Shown here in pieces: positions 38,100 to 51,489 of a stretch of 64,000 nt of DNA. The notes beneath the pieces were generated by a model. It was given only the letters and a program-made list of their open reading frames with translations. It was not told the origin of the DNA and searched no databases. This DNA is from Lama glama. Its lineage: Eukaryota. The position numbers and the translations under genes were made by a program. The stretch's first letter is position 1. Each line of letters starts with the position of its first letter. Where the stretch lies: positions 91,204,001 to 91,268,000 of the forward strand of contig CM052816.1 in assembly GCA_028534125.1 (NCBI GenBank), in the 5' to 3' direction.

Positions 38100-38230
38100 A
38101 CGGTGACCCAATGTCCCAACTAGTCTGGTGGGTCTCAGTTTATAGCCGGTGTCCCAGTGTAACAATTAAATGCACTTCCATTCACACTCAAGAGTGTCCT
38201 GGTTTAGATAATAAATTAGACGGTCATTCA
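38100..38230 (+). mobile_element. MER94-like hAT MITE
   Basis: ggtgacc...tgtcccagtgtaac...gagtgtcctggtttagataataaattagacggtca with degenerate terminal inverted repeats. Confidence 0.7.
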
Positions 38231-38689
38231 ACTTTTAGTTTAGTGTTTACCATTTTTCCTTTTTCAAAAAGGAATGGATTTATTGTTAGCTCCGTGATTA
38301 AAATTCATTTTATAGGAGGCTATGACATTTCTGCTTCGAGGAGAATCAACTGATTATTTCTGTATTAAAGTGAGAATTGATAAGGTGCTTTTCAACTTAA
38401 GGAAAACTTTAACAAGTTTATTTAAAGGGTTGAATGGTAGGGGTTCAGTATATCTTGAGTAGATGAATGAATAGATGAAGCTGGTGTGAAAGGAATGACA
38501 GGCATCAATATATTAGCTACACACGAATTGTCAGCATCACCTCCTGCTTGTGTCCTTATGTTCCAATGATACTTGAAATTGTGCTGGTCTTTCAAAAGTT
38601 GATATTTGCCCACAACTCCTAATTCACACTTTCCTTAACCTCTAATTAGACCTCTTTTTTTTTTCCAGCCTCCATCGAGGTGCTAATTA

Positions 38690-39000
38690 TTGTAGGCATT
38701 ATTGTACAAAGTCAAATAAAACTGGTCTCAAAACAAACTCCTGTGGGGCATTGACTCCCAGTTTCTTCTGTCCGATGTGGAGTCATTGAAATCCTCTTTG
38801 TGTGTGACCCTCCAGCCGGATCTTCCCTTGTATGTTGTGAAACCCAGCCAGTCTTTCCCGCATTTATTAATGGCTGTGTCACACAGAAGAGGAGAGTCTA
38901 GATAAGTCAGGATGGATTACACCTCTCTTTTCCTCTTTTCCTTGCCTTAGACTTCTCCATCAAGGAGGAGGGTTGGTGTGGTGGGATAGGCGGCTTCTGA
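38690..39000 (-). mobile_element. Ancient CR1/L3 LINE reverse-transcriptase fragment
   Basis: Degenerate likeness to the reverse-strand CR1 RT (cctgtggggca, ctctttgtgtgtgaccctccagcc, cccagcc, tctagataag). Confidence 0.45.
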
Positions 39001-39419
39001 ATTCACACTAGTGGCTGTTCCAGGACTGATCGCCAACCTGTGGGCCCCTAGTATGTTGGGGTTGCTTGTTAAAATAGGAAAATATTTCTAAACCAGTTGA
39101 TAAATAGCCACTGTTTCAAAGGCTCCCTTTAAGCCGTCCTGTCCCCATTTTTTCTGACTCTCCTATGGGATATCCCTCGAAGTCTTCAGATCCAGTAAAT
39201 AAAGGCCAACATCCGGCACAGTAAATGGCTACTGGGACCGTGTTCCAACCCATTCTGATTAGCTCCTGCCTGTGCAGTATAGGGTGTTGAATCCTGCCCT
39301 TGGTTGTTTTCTTGTATCTCCTTTTCACGATGCTTAAACATCAATTGGGCATAACTTCTCATAACTAAAAAAATAGAAATCAAACTAGTACTTTGGAACT
39401 GAGCTTAGTTCTTTCCTGA

Positions 39420-39453
39420 AAGAGAGAGAGAGAGTGTGTGTGTGTGTGCGCGC
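39420..39453. repeat. Compound microsatellite (AG)n(TG)n(CG)n
   Basis: agagagagagagagtgtgtgtgtgtgtgcgcgc. Confidence 0.95.
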
Positions 39454-40050
39454 ATAGCAATGGCCTTGACTCACTTTCTGTCTCTCAGGGGATCAGTGAA
39501 CATTGAACAATGAACACTGCTATTCCACAATTTGGCCAACCATGCTGTTTCCATAGAAGACACCCTTTAGAGGTCTTCTCTTTAAACAATATATGGGGCT
39601 TTCTTCTAGCACCTAGCTGACAGACGGTCATCAGTTTGGGGATAACGTTGGTAACGGAGAGCTCACTTTCCATTTTCCCATTTGAAGTAATTTACAAATT
39701 TACCCTTCTTTCTCAAATATTTCTTAATCACAGAGAGCCACATCTGACAGCAACGGGCTTAGTCTCCGTCCGTAAAAACGTCTCTGTGGGTGTCTCCACG
39801 TGCTCTCCATGGGCATAATCATGCATGTATCATCACATCTGAGAAATATCACAAACCTAAAGAGACCACATGGTCCTGAGTCCTGCCTTTTGGCTAAGAT
39901 ATATGCTTTGTACTTATTTAGATAATCAGTCATTAGGTAATCAATCATTTTTATCAAAAGAATGAATGAATGAACAAATGAAGGACCACAGACAGAAAAA
40001 ATTTTAGCCTTTATAGAAAATTCCTCAAGGATAGAAACTTCAGTAACTTC

Positions 40051-40369
40051 TTTTTTTTTTTCACTTTTCCAGTTTTATTAGGTAGAATTATTACAGTTTG
40101 ACTGCACATAAACATTCTATTGCATGTAACTACATATATACAGTATACAGCACTTTTTTAGTTTACATATATGTACTGATCATTGTTTCTAAGAACAAAT
40201 TAGAGCTTTAGCTTTTTAAACTTACATAGCTATGTCAAAGGAATAAAGCCAACCGCAAAATTAAGAGTCAACAGAATGCAGTAATCCAATCATAAAGGAC
40301 AGTCACATCTACTTACACGTATTCAAGAAATTAATCATCTAAGTTATAAAAAATAAGTAGTTCATTTGT
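40051..40369 (-). pseudogene. 5'-truncated processed pseudogene (retrocopy of an mRNA 3' UTR end)
   Basis: On the minus strand, AATAAA (40074-40079) lies 12 nt before an A11 tail (40051-40061); flanked by gaaacttcagtaacttc (40034-40050) and gaaacttcataacttc (40370-40385); body does not resemble L1 or a SINE. Confidence 0.8.
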
Positions 40370-41634
40370 GAAACTTCATAACTTCTGATTGGCTTATTTC
40401 AGGGTCTTATCATAGCCAAGATCAAGTTTCCCCTTCTGTCCAACTGAAATCTCTCTACCTTTCATTTAAGCTAAGTTCTTCTTCTTCAGTACTCCAGGCA
40501 GATGTCCTTCGTCTGACTCCATTCCCAGACCATTGTTTGTGTTGACAGGGCAGCGGCAGAAAGATCAGACATGTATTACAGGAGTCTGGTGTTATAGAGA
40601 ACGCTATTTATTACCAAATTTGTCTCCCTGTGTGGTAATGGAGAGCACTTTCCCTTATAATTTTAGATTTCTGATTATATTAAAAAGTGAAAAATTCACT
40701 TTGCTATAGCAAGTGAGGCCAGCTCTTTTTGTATACCAGGTCATCTGTCAGCTTTCGGTATTCAAGGAGACAAAAAAGGCTGACACTGTAAGCAATTAGG
40801 GAAAAGTGGGAGTTTTTTTTCCTTCAAATTTTCTGGAAAAAAGGAAGTATTACAATCTATGCGCAAATCTGAAAGTTGGGGTTATGTATTTTGTCTTTTG
40901 AAAATGATCTTCTAACTCCTAATTAGGCCAATTAAGATACCCTCAGTGACCTTCCCAGGGTATAATAAGGAAAACACAGGAAGAACTTTAATCATGAAGC
41001 TCCTGGTTCTAGGACTTTCAGTTCTGATTATGCACAGAAATGTATCAATGGATTCTTTAATGGCAAAACTCATGATTTTATTTGCTTTGAGTTTCTATGA
41101 TTTTGAAAGAATGCTAAGTCTGAAAGAGACTTTAGAGAGCCTATAGCTTAACCCACGGTTTTACAGAAGAGGAAATTGTTGCTCATGCACTGACCATAAA
41201 CAAAGGATTGAGGAGCAATATTGAACAATACTGAACAACAGTATTGACCTCTTTGGATATATCTGGATCAGATCTAGCTCCTACAGCCTCACAGCCATGG
41301 CCTCCATCAGTTAGAAATATGTCCAAAGAAGGAATACAATGTATCCAGTGTCCCTAGGACACTTAACACTTAAAATTAATTCTGTCATCATGAAATCATC
41401 TCTTGATCTCTGAGCATACTTGCTTACTAGGAGGAAGTGCTCTGAGCAGAGAACAGATGTAGATCCTTCCTGACTTAAATAATAAATAAATCACCATTCT
41501 GATTTTTAAATATTTCCTAAGGGTTTGATTGTTTTGAGGTCCTTTTTAAAAAAATAAAACAAAACAAAACAAAACTCTGTGGAGACTTGAGTTTCCTTCA
41601 TGGATTGTTTTTCTTTTTTTTAAAAAAAAAATCT

Positions 41635-41780
41635 TATAAACAACAGAAATTTATTGCTCAAAGTCTGGAAGCTGGGAAGTCCAAGAACAAGGCACCAGCA
41701 TGATTCCATTCTGGTAAAGGCCCCCTTCGAGTTCTTATCAAGTGCCTTCTCGCGGTGCCCTTACACAGCAGAAGGACCAT
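41635..41780 (-). mobile_element. MLT1 LTR fragment
   Basis: aaacaacagaaatttattgctcaaagtctggaagctgggaagtccaag. Confidence 0.75.
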
Positions 41781-42039
41781 GGATTCTTTTTAACAAATAT
41801 GTATTGAGTGCCTACTCTTCATTTATTTATTCAACAAAAATTTATTTCATGTATGCTATTATCAGAACTGCTCTAGGCGATACAGATACAGTTGAAACAA
41901 AAGAAATTCCTACACTTACGGAGCTTTTGGTCTCATTACAGTCACAGGTGGGCAAGGTAGACTTTATCCTTATCTCCCTGAACTCGTAGCTTACAGGAAA
42001 GAAAAAAAAATTAAATTGATTGCTACAATTAGTATGATG

Positions 42040-42700
42040 AATATCCATTACAAGGGTATCAGGAGGTATAAGGTATTAAGTGAGTAGAAAACAAGGGGTT
42101 AGAACCAAGTTGTGGAGTCAAGGGAAGCTCCCCAAGAAAGGTAGAGAGAGATATTTAAGCTGATGTCTGAAGGGTGAGTACGAATTGAGTGAACTGGGGA
42201 TTGGGAGAGAGACTGCTTCCTCAAAGGGGAAAACACTGGTGAGTCTTGGACTTGAGGGAAGGAACATCACATTAGGAAACTGGAGCCAGCTTGGTATGAC
42301 TGGAGCAGAGAATGTGTGATGGGAAGAGGTTTAAGATGAGATTCCATTGTTGAGGGCTTTGCAAACCATTTTAAGGAGACTGTCCTATATTTGAAGGACA
42401 GTAGAGAGCCTACTGAGTGTTTTAAGGCATATCTGCATTTATTGTAAGGATCACTCTTGCAGTAATATGGCTAACAGAGTGGAAGGAAACAAAACTCGAC
42501 TAAAGGAGTGAGAAGACAATTGACATAAACCAGGTAGAGGATGGTGGTGATCAGAACCAGAGCGGTGGCAGAGGGGATGGAATGGAAGAGATGGAGTCAC
42601 ATTTAGGACATAGAATGACTAGATATGAATGAGAAGAACAATTTAAGTCAATAATCACATATGCATGAGAAAGACAACTCAAGGGTGACTTCTAGAATTG
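42040..42700 (-). mobile_element. L2 fragment
   Basis: atttaagctgatgtctgaaggg, ggatcactcttgcag, ccaggtagaggatggtggtg, caagggtgacttctag. Confidence 0.75.
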
Positions 42701-44329
42701 TGGATTCTGGGTTCAGCTAGCTACATGTCTAAAGGCCAGACCCTGCACCTGTGTAATTCCCTGTCCCCCTTTTCTCTTCCTTTATTTAAGGACCTGTGCG
42801 TATATTCAGGTAGTCAGCCAGCCAAGCATCTCTTGCAGGTCTTCATGCCAAGGAGAGCCCCCAGGTCACAGATGGGACTGTGTTTCAGTGAGATCTATTG
42901 TTGGGAAAGCCTGGATTCTTCTGAATTCTCTTCAGCAATGAATATTGCTGAACTGAACACTGAAGAATGATTGTGTCAGAAGGATTCATGGCTCTATGTC
43001 ATGCTACCAATTGATCATTAACTCACTCGGCTGTTCTACTCAAATAGCAGTCTTCGAAACGCTGTTTTCCTTTTCTGAACTGACTGTTGTTCGAGGCTGA
43101 ATGCCATATCACCCGTTGCTTTCATCCTGTGAAAACTCAATATATCTGCTCCCCCGCTGAGTCAGAAGGGAACAATTTATATGAATATTTTATTGTTTTA
43201 AAAATGCCTCCAAGATACTATCTGATTCATTCTCATAACAATTTTGGGAGACAGGAAGGAAGCAGGTAAATGTGTGCTTCACATAGTTTTTGCTTAATGG
43301 CAAATTGAGTGCTGTTTGGTCAAAGATGAAAAATGAAGAAATTATTCATGTGGAATCTAATTTAAGATCATCATTCTTAGTGACATGTATGACTTGCTTC
43401 TGGCAGGAATTTTGTTTGTTGTATTAATATGAGAAATGTTCCACTCATTGTCTTTGAAGGTGACACTACTCTCCCTCCGTCAGCTGCACATGTGCTTTGA
43501 CATGTTTTTCTAATGGGAAGGACAGATTGTCATTAAGCCATTGGCACTTCCTCTTGACGATGCAATGACTGACACACATTTCTGATGCCTGACTTGGGGT
43601 GGGTGTTACAGCCAGCACCACAAGCAGAGAAAAACAAATTGCCTGCCTGGGGATTTGAACTTTTGCCACTGGCCTCATTAGTATGGTGTGCTAACCAACG
43701 AGCGTAGACATGGGCATGCAATTATAAAACAGCATGAATCAAGCCTAGTCTAGGGTCCTGTAATTTAACCTTTGAATATATCCATTAGCCTTGACGTATC
43801 TCCATGGAAGAGTGTGGCCTTTCTCTAGAGGCATATACTGCAAAATGTTTGTCTGTGAAATTTATTTCTTAAATTTAATAAAGATAGAAACATTAGTGAA
43901 TCTTGAAATAAAATTTAGTCTTTCTAGAATACTAGGTATTTATTTTTGAATGGCGTTTATAAATGTGTCATTCAACTGTGACAATTGCTTTCAATAACTT
44001 CTTTTTAATAGTAAGGGCATGCTTGAACCACATCAGAATCTATGTTTATTCACACGTGGGAGGGAATAACATTGTAGAATTAGATCACAAATGTCAGATC
44101 ACTACTCAAAAGGGTGAGCCTCCTAGAAATGTTACAGAGTGGAAGGGGACACATGAAGGCATTATTAAAAAAAAATTCTTTGTAGTCAACATATTCCTGC
44201 AAACTCTTTTGAAAACGAAGCACTCAATTACACTATATTATTAATAATTTAAAACCAGTGAAGGTTATATGGATTTAAAAAATCATTCAAGGAAGTGAAA
44301 ATGCTATGGAAATAGATGTTTTATTTTAA

Positions 44330-44704
44330 ACTCTTAGTCTACTTGGGCTCATATAGCAAAATACCACAGAATGGGTGACTTCAACAACACACATATATTT
44401 TTCACATTTTGGAACTGGGGAGTCCAAGATCAAGGTTGGACCTGTAGATTCAGATCCTAGAGAGGGTCTCTTCCTAGTTTGCAGTTGGCTGTCTTCTTGC
44501 TGTGTCTTCACATGGTAGAGAGAGGAAGTGCTCTGGTCTTTCTCTACTTATAAGGACACTAATCCTAGCATGGGAGCCCCATCCTTACGATTTTATCTAA
44601 ACCTAGTTGCCGCCCTAAGTCCCCACCTCCAAATAACATTACATTGGGGGTAAGGGTTTCGACCTATAGGTTTCAGGAAGACATAAACACTTAGTCCCTA
44701 ACAT
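44330..44704 (-). mobile_element. MaLR solo LTR (MLT1A0-like)
   Basis: aaaataccacagaatgggtgactt, gagtccaagatcaagg, tataaggacactaatcc, acacttagtccctaaca. Confidence 0.85.
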
Positions 44705-45092
44705 AAGCTGAAAGTAACTTGAATATTTTGATTGGAAAACCATTTCCTCTGTCTCCCTCATGTCCCTTATTCAGTCGGACAGGAAGTCCTGCTGATTCTA
44801 CCATCTAAATATTTCTCTGATTCAAACCTTATACCAGAACGACTGTCCTGGTCCAGACCCCCCCCCCACCCCGCTTCATGTGGATCACTGAGCTCACACC
44901 TGTCCCCTGTCTCCAATGCTGCCTCCCCTTAATCTATTACCCAAAATTGATAACATTGCAAATGAGATTATGTCACTCACCTGCTTCAGCTCTTTTCCAG
45001 GGATTCCCATTGCTCTTATGATAAAATTCCCAATTCTCATCATTCCTTATAAGGAAGACTTCTTAAGTAAGTGTTCCGTGGGCCTGGGGCAC

Positions 45093-45119
45093 TGTGTGTG
45101 TGTGTGTGTGTGTGTGTGT
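45093..45119. repeat. (TG)n microsatellite
   Basis: Uninterrupted TG run of ~13 units. Confidence 0.95.
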
Positions 45120-45905
45120 ACAGGAGAGGTAACCTTGCACTAATGGAAGGCAACAAATTTATATTTCTTGCTTTATCTTCAAATGAGATTGCTTACATAG
45201 TCATTGATGTTTATATATTTGTGTTGAAGCATTAATTTAAGAGAAAACATTTAAAATGCCTAATTTTTATAACCCTTTTTCATATTTCTTTATTTTTTTC
45301 TACACTGGTAACCTAAGGAAAAACAAATTGAATTGGCTTTAATGTGTCTCAACTTGGAGGCTTTGCCCAAAAAGAATTGCCCAGTTCAAGCTTTGTTCCT
45401 GCAGGTTTATTTCTGTCTGCCTTCCACACACCACTGCACACCTTAAGCTTTACGTTCATGAATGGCTTTCTTAACTGCTTGATGCTTTCTTTCCCACATA
45501 GTAGTCTCACTTCTGTTTCTTCTTCCTTGGCTGAATTCTACTCATATTCTGATCTTTTAGAACTTAGCTCAAACATCACTTCCTGCTCACATCACATGCC
45601 TCTCATTCCAGCTTTAGCATCCCTTTTCTTACCTCCCTGGGGTAGCAGATTATTCCTGTGGGTTCATTTGTTCCCCCAACTGGACTGCAAGCTCTTTGAG
45701 ATTAGGGACCTCAACCACCTTCTCATTATGGGACCTCTGGAGTCTAGCAGAGAATGAAGCTTCCCAAAGGCACTGAATACATCCTTGTTCCATAGAAACT
45801 CCATGGGAGCAGGGACTTTGTTCCCAGCACCTGTGACAATACCTGGCACATAGTAAGTGCTGTATATACATATGAAATGGTTTATTTTTTTAAAGATTAT
45901 TTTTT

Positions 45906-46160
45906 TAGACTTTTTTAATTGGTTTATTAATCATTTTACAATGTTGTGTCAAATTCCAGTGTAGAGCACAATTTTTCAGTTATACATGAACATATATATA
46001 TTCATTGTCACATTTTTTTCTCTGTGAGCTACCATGAGATCTTGTATATATTTCCCTGTGCTATACAGTATAATCTTGTGTATCTGTTCTACAATTTTGA
46101 AATCCTGTCTATCCCTTCCCATCCTCCACTCCCTTGGCAACCAGAAGTTTGTATTCTATG
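45906..46160 (-). mobile_element. Young L1 3' end inserted in the tail of an older L1
   Basis: Flanked by tttaaagattattttt (45889-45904) and tttaaagactattttt (46161-46176). Confidence 0.85.
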
Positions 46161-46164
46161 TTTA

Positions 46165-47060
46165 AAGACTATTTTTAAAAGAGCAGTTTTCAGTTCAGCA
46201 AAATTAACAGGAAAGTACAGAGGTTTCCCATATAACCTCTGTCCCCACCCTTGTTTAGCCTGCCTCATTATCAACACCCTCCAGCAGAGTGGGACAGTTG
46301 TTACAGCTGCTGAACGTACACTGATACATCATAATCACCCATAGTCCAGAGTTTGTATTAGAATTTACTTTTGATATTGTATTTTCTGTGGGTTTGGATA
46401 AAAGTCTAATGACATATCCATCATTACAGTAACAGAGTATTTTTACTGCCCTAAAAACCCTCTGATCCTCTGTGCTCCACTTATTCGTCCTTCCCCAAAC
46501 ACCACAGCCCACCCCCACCCACCAGTCAACCCTTGGCAACCACTGATCTTTTTACTGTCTCCATAGTTTTGCCTTTTCCAGAACTTCATAGGATTGAAAT
46601 CTTACACTATGAAGCTTTTTCAGACTGGCTCTTTCACTCAGTAATATGCATTTAAGTTTCCTCCTCATCTTTTCATGGCTTGATAGCTGATTTCTTCTTA
46701 GCGCAGAATAATACTCCACTGTCTCGATGTACCACAGTTTATTTATCCATTCACCTGTTGAAAGACATCTTGGTTGCTTCCAAGTTTTGACAGTTATAAA
46801 TAAAGCTGCAAAAAACATCCATGTGCAGTTTTTTTGTGTAGGTGTGTATAAGTTTTCAGCTCCTTAGGGTAAATACAATGAACACGATTACTGGATCTTA
46901 TGGTAAGAGTACGTTTGTTTTTCAAGAAACCACCAGACCGTCTTCCAAAGTGGCTGTACCATTTTGCATTCCCACCAGCAAGGAATGAGAGTTTTAGTTC
47001 CTCCACATTCTTGCTAGCATTGGGTATTGTCAGTGTTCTGGATTTTGGACATCCTACTAG
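46165..47060 (-). mobile_element. Old L1 3' end (L1MC/L1MB-like)
   Basis: Same family motifs as 23108-24060 (gatgtaccacagtttatttatccattcacc, ccaaagtggctgtaccattttgcattccc). Confidence 0.88.
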
Positions 47061-48497
47061 ATCAGAAAATCTGGTAGATCTAACAGGTCAATAAATATTT
47101 ATGAATGAATCTCATCTACATAATAGGACTGGTATGACAACACGGAAGAAGCTGAGAGCTTTGTTAAGTGCTATACACGTGCGTTATTCACATCAGGAAT
47201 CAAAGTACAGATGCCATCCTATTGTAAACATGGACACGTCAAGGGAACAGCCCACCATTTCTCTGTTCTAACCCTGTGGCTCGTCAGTGGTTTATCTTCA
47301 GAGAGCAGGAAGCCATGCTTATCAGTCACCCACTTTTTAAAACACTTTTTTCCTCTGTAATGAATTCACAGTAACTTGCTTCAGTGGGAAGAAAATAATT
47401 GATGACAATTATTTTAAAAATGGATTGTCTTTAACTCTGCTTAATGAAAACTTAGCTGCATTTTTGCCTAGATAACAAAAAGCCCAAATTATCTAAAAGA
47501 CTGCTGACTCTAATTAGCTAAGAACACCAGTACCGATTCATGTTGAGATTTTTCTACCATAGCTCTGAGTTCATCAATATAAAAAGAGGAAAGGCTAACC
47601 ACATGGTTTCTAATGCATCAAAAATTCAAGTAATAGTTAAATGTTTAAAATGTTTTCTGAGATTCAGTTTTCTAAGATCTGTGATCTATAAAATTAGGAG
47701 ATACATCTAAATGGTTTTCTCTGAAAGAGTATAAAATAGGCTTTAAATAAAGGTTGACCAAATTCTTAGATGTTAATATCCTTTTATTATTGGGTAAATG
47801 CTTAATGGGAATAACACATTATAATAGCTGCTAAGTACTGCATCTTTGTTTTCATTTTGCTGTTGCTTTTACATACATAAATATGGTTTAATTCTCAAGC
47901 TATTTCTTTAAGCCAAGTATAATTATTCCAGTTTTGTAGATCAGAATGGTTAAGGAGTTTGCCAGAGGGCACACAGGATAAGGTAGTTGGGGAGTACAAT
48001 GACCCCTCCCTAGTTCAGCCCCTTCTTCTGAGTACGTCTTGGATTCCAGTTAATGACTCTCCAAAGAGGTGTCTAAATTATTGTTTGAACATTATTCTGC
48101 TAGATCCAACGTTCCTGGAAATCAGTGGGCTGTCAGGGAAGATTTCTTAAAGAGTAGTTCATATTCAACTATTTCCTCTTTCATCTATTTCCACTATTTA
48201 GCTTCCATTTCGGCACTCTCCCTGGTCTTCTGATTGATCTCCAGATCAGTAAGTTTGATGATGCCTTTGTCTTTCTCTCTAGTATTTGAAATTGCCAAGT
48301 CATCTTCATTTGAAAAGCTTTCCCTTCTTACTGGCACAATCCAACCACATTTCTGTGGTTAGTTTCAGAGCTGGTTTGGCGGTTCCACAGGCATTTCCAA
48401 CCCTACATGTCTGAAACCAAACTCACTTTTCTACTGTAATATTTTCCTCCCTGTATTAGTGAACTTAATGATCAATGCTACCATCACACTTGTTGCC

Positions 48498-49161
48498 TGT
48501 GATGGTTAATTTTACATGTCAATTAAGCTGTGCTATTGTGCCCAGTTGTTTGGTCAAACACTAGTCATGATGTTGCTGGAAGGTATTTTGTAGATGTGAT
48601 TGACATTTATAATCACTTGACTTTAAGTAAAACAGATCATCCTTTATAATGCAGGTGGGCCTCAACCAATCAGTTGAAGATTTGCAGATACACACTACTA
48701 TATATAAAATAGATAAAACAACAAGGGCCTACTGTACAGCATAGGGAACTATATTCAATATCTTGTATAGCCTATAATGAAAAAGAATATGAAAAGGAAT
48801 ATACATATATATCTGAATTACGATGCTGTACACCAGAAATTAACACATTGTAAACTGACTATACTTCAGTTAAAAAAAAAAGAGTAAAAATTGATATTTC
48901 CCAGACAAGAAGGAATTCTGCCTCAAAACTGTAACATGGAAAGTCTGTGTGAATTTCCAGCCTTCTTGTTTACCCCATGGATCTCTGACTCAAGACTGCA
49001 ACATCAATTCTTACTAGTTCCAGCCTGCAAGTTTTAGACATTCCAGACCCTCATAATCACATGAGATAATTCCTTAAAACCAATCAATCAGTCAATCAAT
49101 CATTCAGTCTTTCTCTTTCTCCACTATTGGTTTTATTTCTGGGAGAACAGTACCTAATGTA
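48498..49161 (+). mobile_element. ERVL solo LTR (MLT2-type) with 5-bp TSD, inside L2
   Basis: Starts tgtgatggttaattttacatgtcaa; TSD ttgcc at 48493-48497 and 49162-49166. Confidence 0.88.
48685..48881 (+). mobile_element. Young L1 3' end nested in the MLT2 LTR
   Basis: tactgtacagcatagggaactatattcaatatc...ttgtaaactgactatacttcagttaaaaaaaaaa. Confidence 0.88.
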
Positions 49162-50681
49162 TTGCCTAAATTAGAAACTAAACACCTTTCCTAGATTTCT
49201 CTAGCTCGTTGACCTCCTCATCCTACAGTCTAATCAGGTACGAAGCCCTATAGATCCCCTCTTCCTACTGTCTCCCAAATCTGCCTCTTCCATCCAGCCC
49301 CTCCTCCCTCTTGCCTGGAGTTCTGTAGTCGTTTCCCAAGAGACCTCCATACCTATAATGTGGTCCCTTCAATCCACTCTGCTGGAACTCTCACGCTGTC
49401 ATTTTAAAATCCTTTAGTGGCCATTTCATGTCACTTTTAGGAAAACTTGAACTCAAGTATGTGTGCACGGCTATCTTTGATTCAATTCTTCTTAATTTCT
49501 GGACCCTCATTCCCTCTACTGCCCCACATTCACTTTTCAACCCAGGTAGAAATATTTACCTCTTGAGTTTTTCCACATCATCACTTCTGAGTGTCCTTTC
49601 TCTACTCTTCAGCCAGACAGCACCTATTCACCTTTCAACACTCAGTTCAGGGCCATCTTTTCTAGGATGCTAGTCTGTTCCCTCACAGCCCCTGCTCACA
49701 CTGCTTTCAAGTACTGATCCTTCTGACCTGGATTAGCTGGTTTATTTGCCATCTCCTACACTAGAAAGCAAAGAGCAGAGAGCGTGCATTTTTACTGCTG
49801 TGCATCAAAAAGCTGGTATTTTATAGACACTTAATAAGGGTTTGTAAGAAGAACGAATCAACAAACATGACTAGGCTGCGGCTTGGAGGTCTTTGTTGTA
49901 TAAGAATTCCCCTAAATAGTAACTTTAGTACTGTAAATTCATCTGTGAGGTACTATAAGGATTGGAAATTCTAACTTTGCATACCACTGCAGGGCCAGAC
50001 AGGGCCAGGGGTGCTGCTGGCCATCTAAGCAGAGTTGGGACTGAGGGAGAAAAGTCAAGAAGAAAGGGAACCAAATGTTAAGATAAAAGGAGGGAATTAG
50101 AAAATAGGAAAACCAAAGGGGAGTGAAAGCAGGGGAGGAAGCAAGGAGGAATCCTATGGAATAGTTGGAGGGGCCAGGGGACCAGGATTAGAACCTCAGG
50201 TGTGCTTAGTACGGGAGGAGCAGAATTACCCTGTTATCACCCTAGCTGGACCCTGTCTCAGTGTCAGAGATCATACCTGCACCCTGCTCCCCTGCGTGAG
50301 CTCTTCCACTCTGATCTTTGACAGTGTGCACCCCTCCCCGGGGCAAAGACTCTGCAGTAGCCGGAGGACGTACCCACGTGGAACCTCCGTCTGGGCTCTG
50401 GGACCCTGCAATGCCCTGCCCAGGCGGCCTCGGCCTGCCTCCAGTGTCCCCACAGTCCTTCCCGTTCATCTTCCCGAGCGGCAAGGTCATGCTGAGTGGA
50501 GTCACAGTGGCAGCTCTACACCTGGGTTTGAAGACCATTTTCAAGGCCCTGGGCAGACAAAGTGGGTCTAGAGTGACCCTGAGGTGTCAGTACATTGACA
50601 GAAGACACGAGTCGTAGATGCCCAAATTTATCCAGACTCTCAAAAATCCCCACTGGACCTGGCTGGGGCCTGCTTGATTTG

Positions 50682-51015
50682 ACTCCCTGCGTCTGGAGGT
50701 GGGACACCCTTACTGACAGAGGTAGGGAATTCAGGGCCAAGAAGCCCAAATTGTTGAGATTCTTCTCTAATTAAGCACCCAAAACCCAAGTTTCTTTTTC
50801 CTGTCGATTTCTCATGAATTTATTGTTTCTTTGCCTAAAAAGTATAAAAACTTTCCTGCTTTGGCTACTTCTTAGGCCCTGTTTCTATGAGACCTCCACG
50901 CACACAAATTAAAACTTCTTTCTTTTTCTCCTGTTAATCTGTCTTGGGTCAATTTTATTGTTAGTCCAGCCACAACAACTCAAGAGGGTATGGGGGAAGT
51001 CCCCCCTCCCTGACA
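50682..51015 (+). repeat. 5' LTR (left-truncated) of the MER34-like provirus
   Basis: Aligns by eye with 58310-58691 (aaaaagtataaaa, ctgttaatctg, gggtcaattttattgtta, tccagccacaa). Confidence 0.85.
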
Positions 51016-51489
51016 GTTAATGAGGCCGCTGGGAGGCTGTCTGGACCCCACCTTCCACATCCAGGCTGCTGCGGCTGAGAGATCCTGGGACGCCTGACAA
51101 AGACCAACAGAAGGTAAGATTTCCACCACATCAACTTTCAAGCTCTCTGCCCGCAAGTTTTGGTAGAAGGGAAAATGGTTAAGAGTTTTTTTTTTCTCTT
51201 TCTCTACATTTAGATGAGCAGGTGAAAATATTTGTGGAGCTAGTTTCTTGCAACATAGCAACTCTGGTGTTTGCAGATGAATGCTCTCTGTTTTTATTGA
51301 TTCTTTCCTCCATGAGATGTTCACTCTTTTTGTCTTTGTCTATTGCATCATTTGTCCTAAAGGGGAAGAACCATAAGGCAGGACACAGGCCTGGGCTCTA
51401 GAAGCCTACTCTTCAAGCCAATGGGTGAGTTAATTGTTCTCACCAGGACAACGTCCACTTAGACAAACTTTGCCATGGGTCTTCTATGG

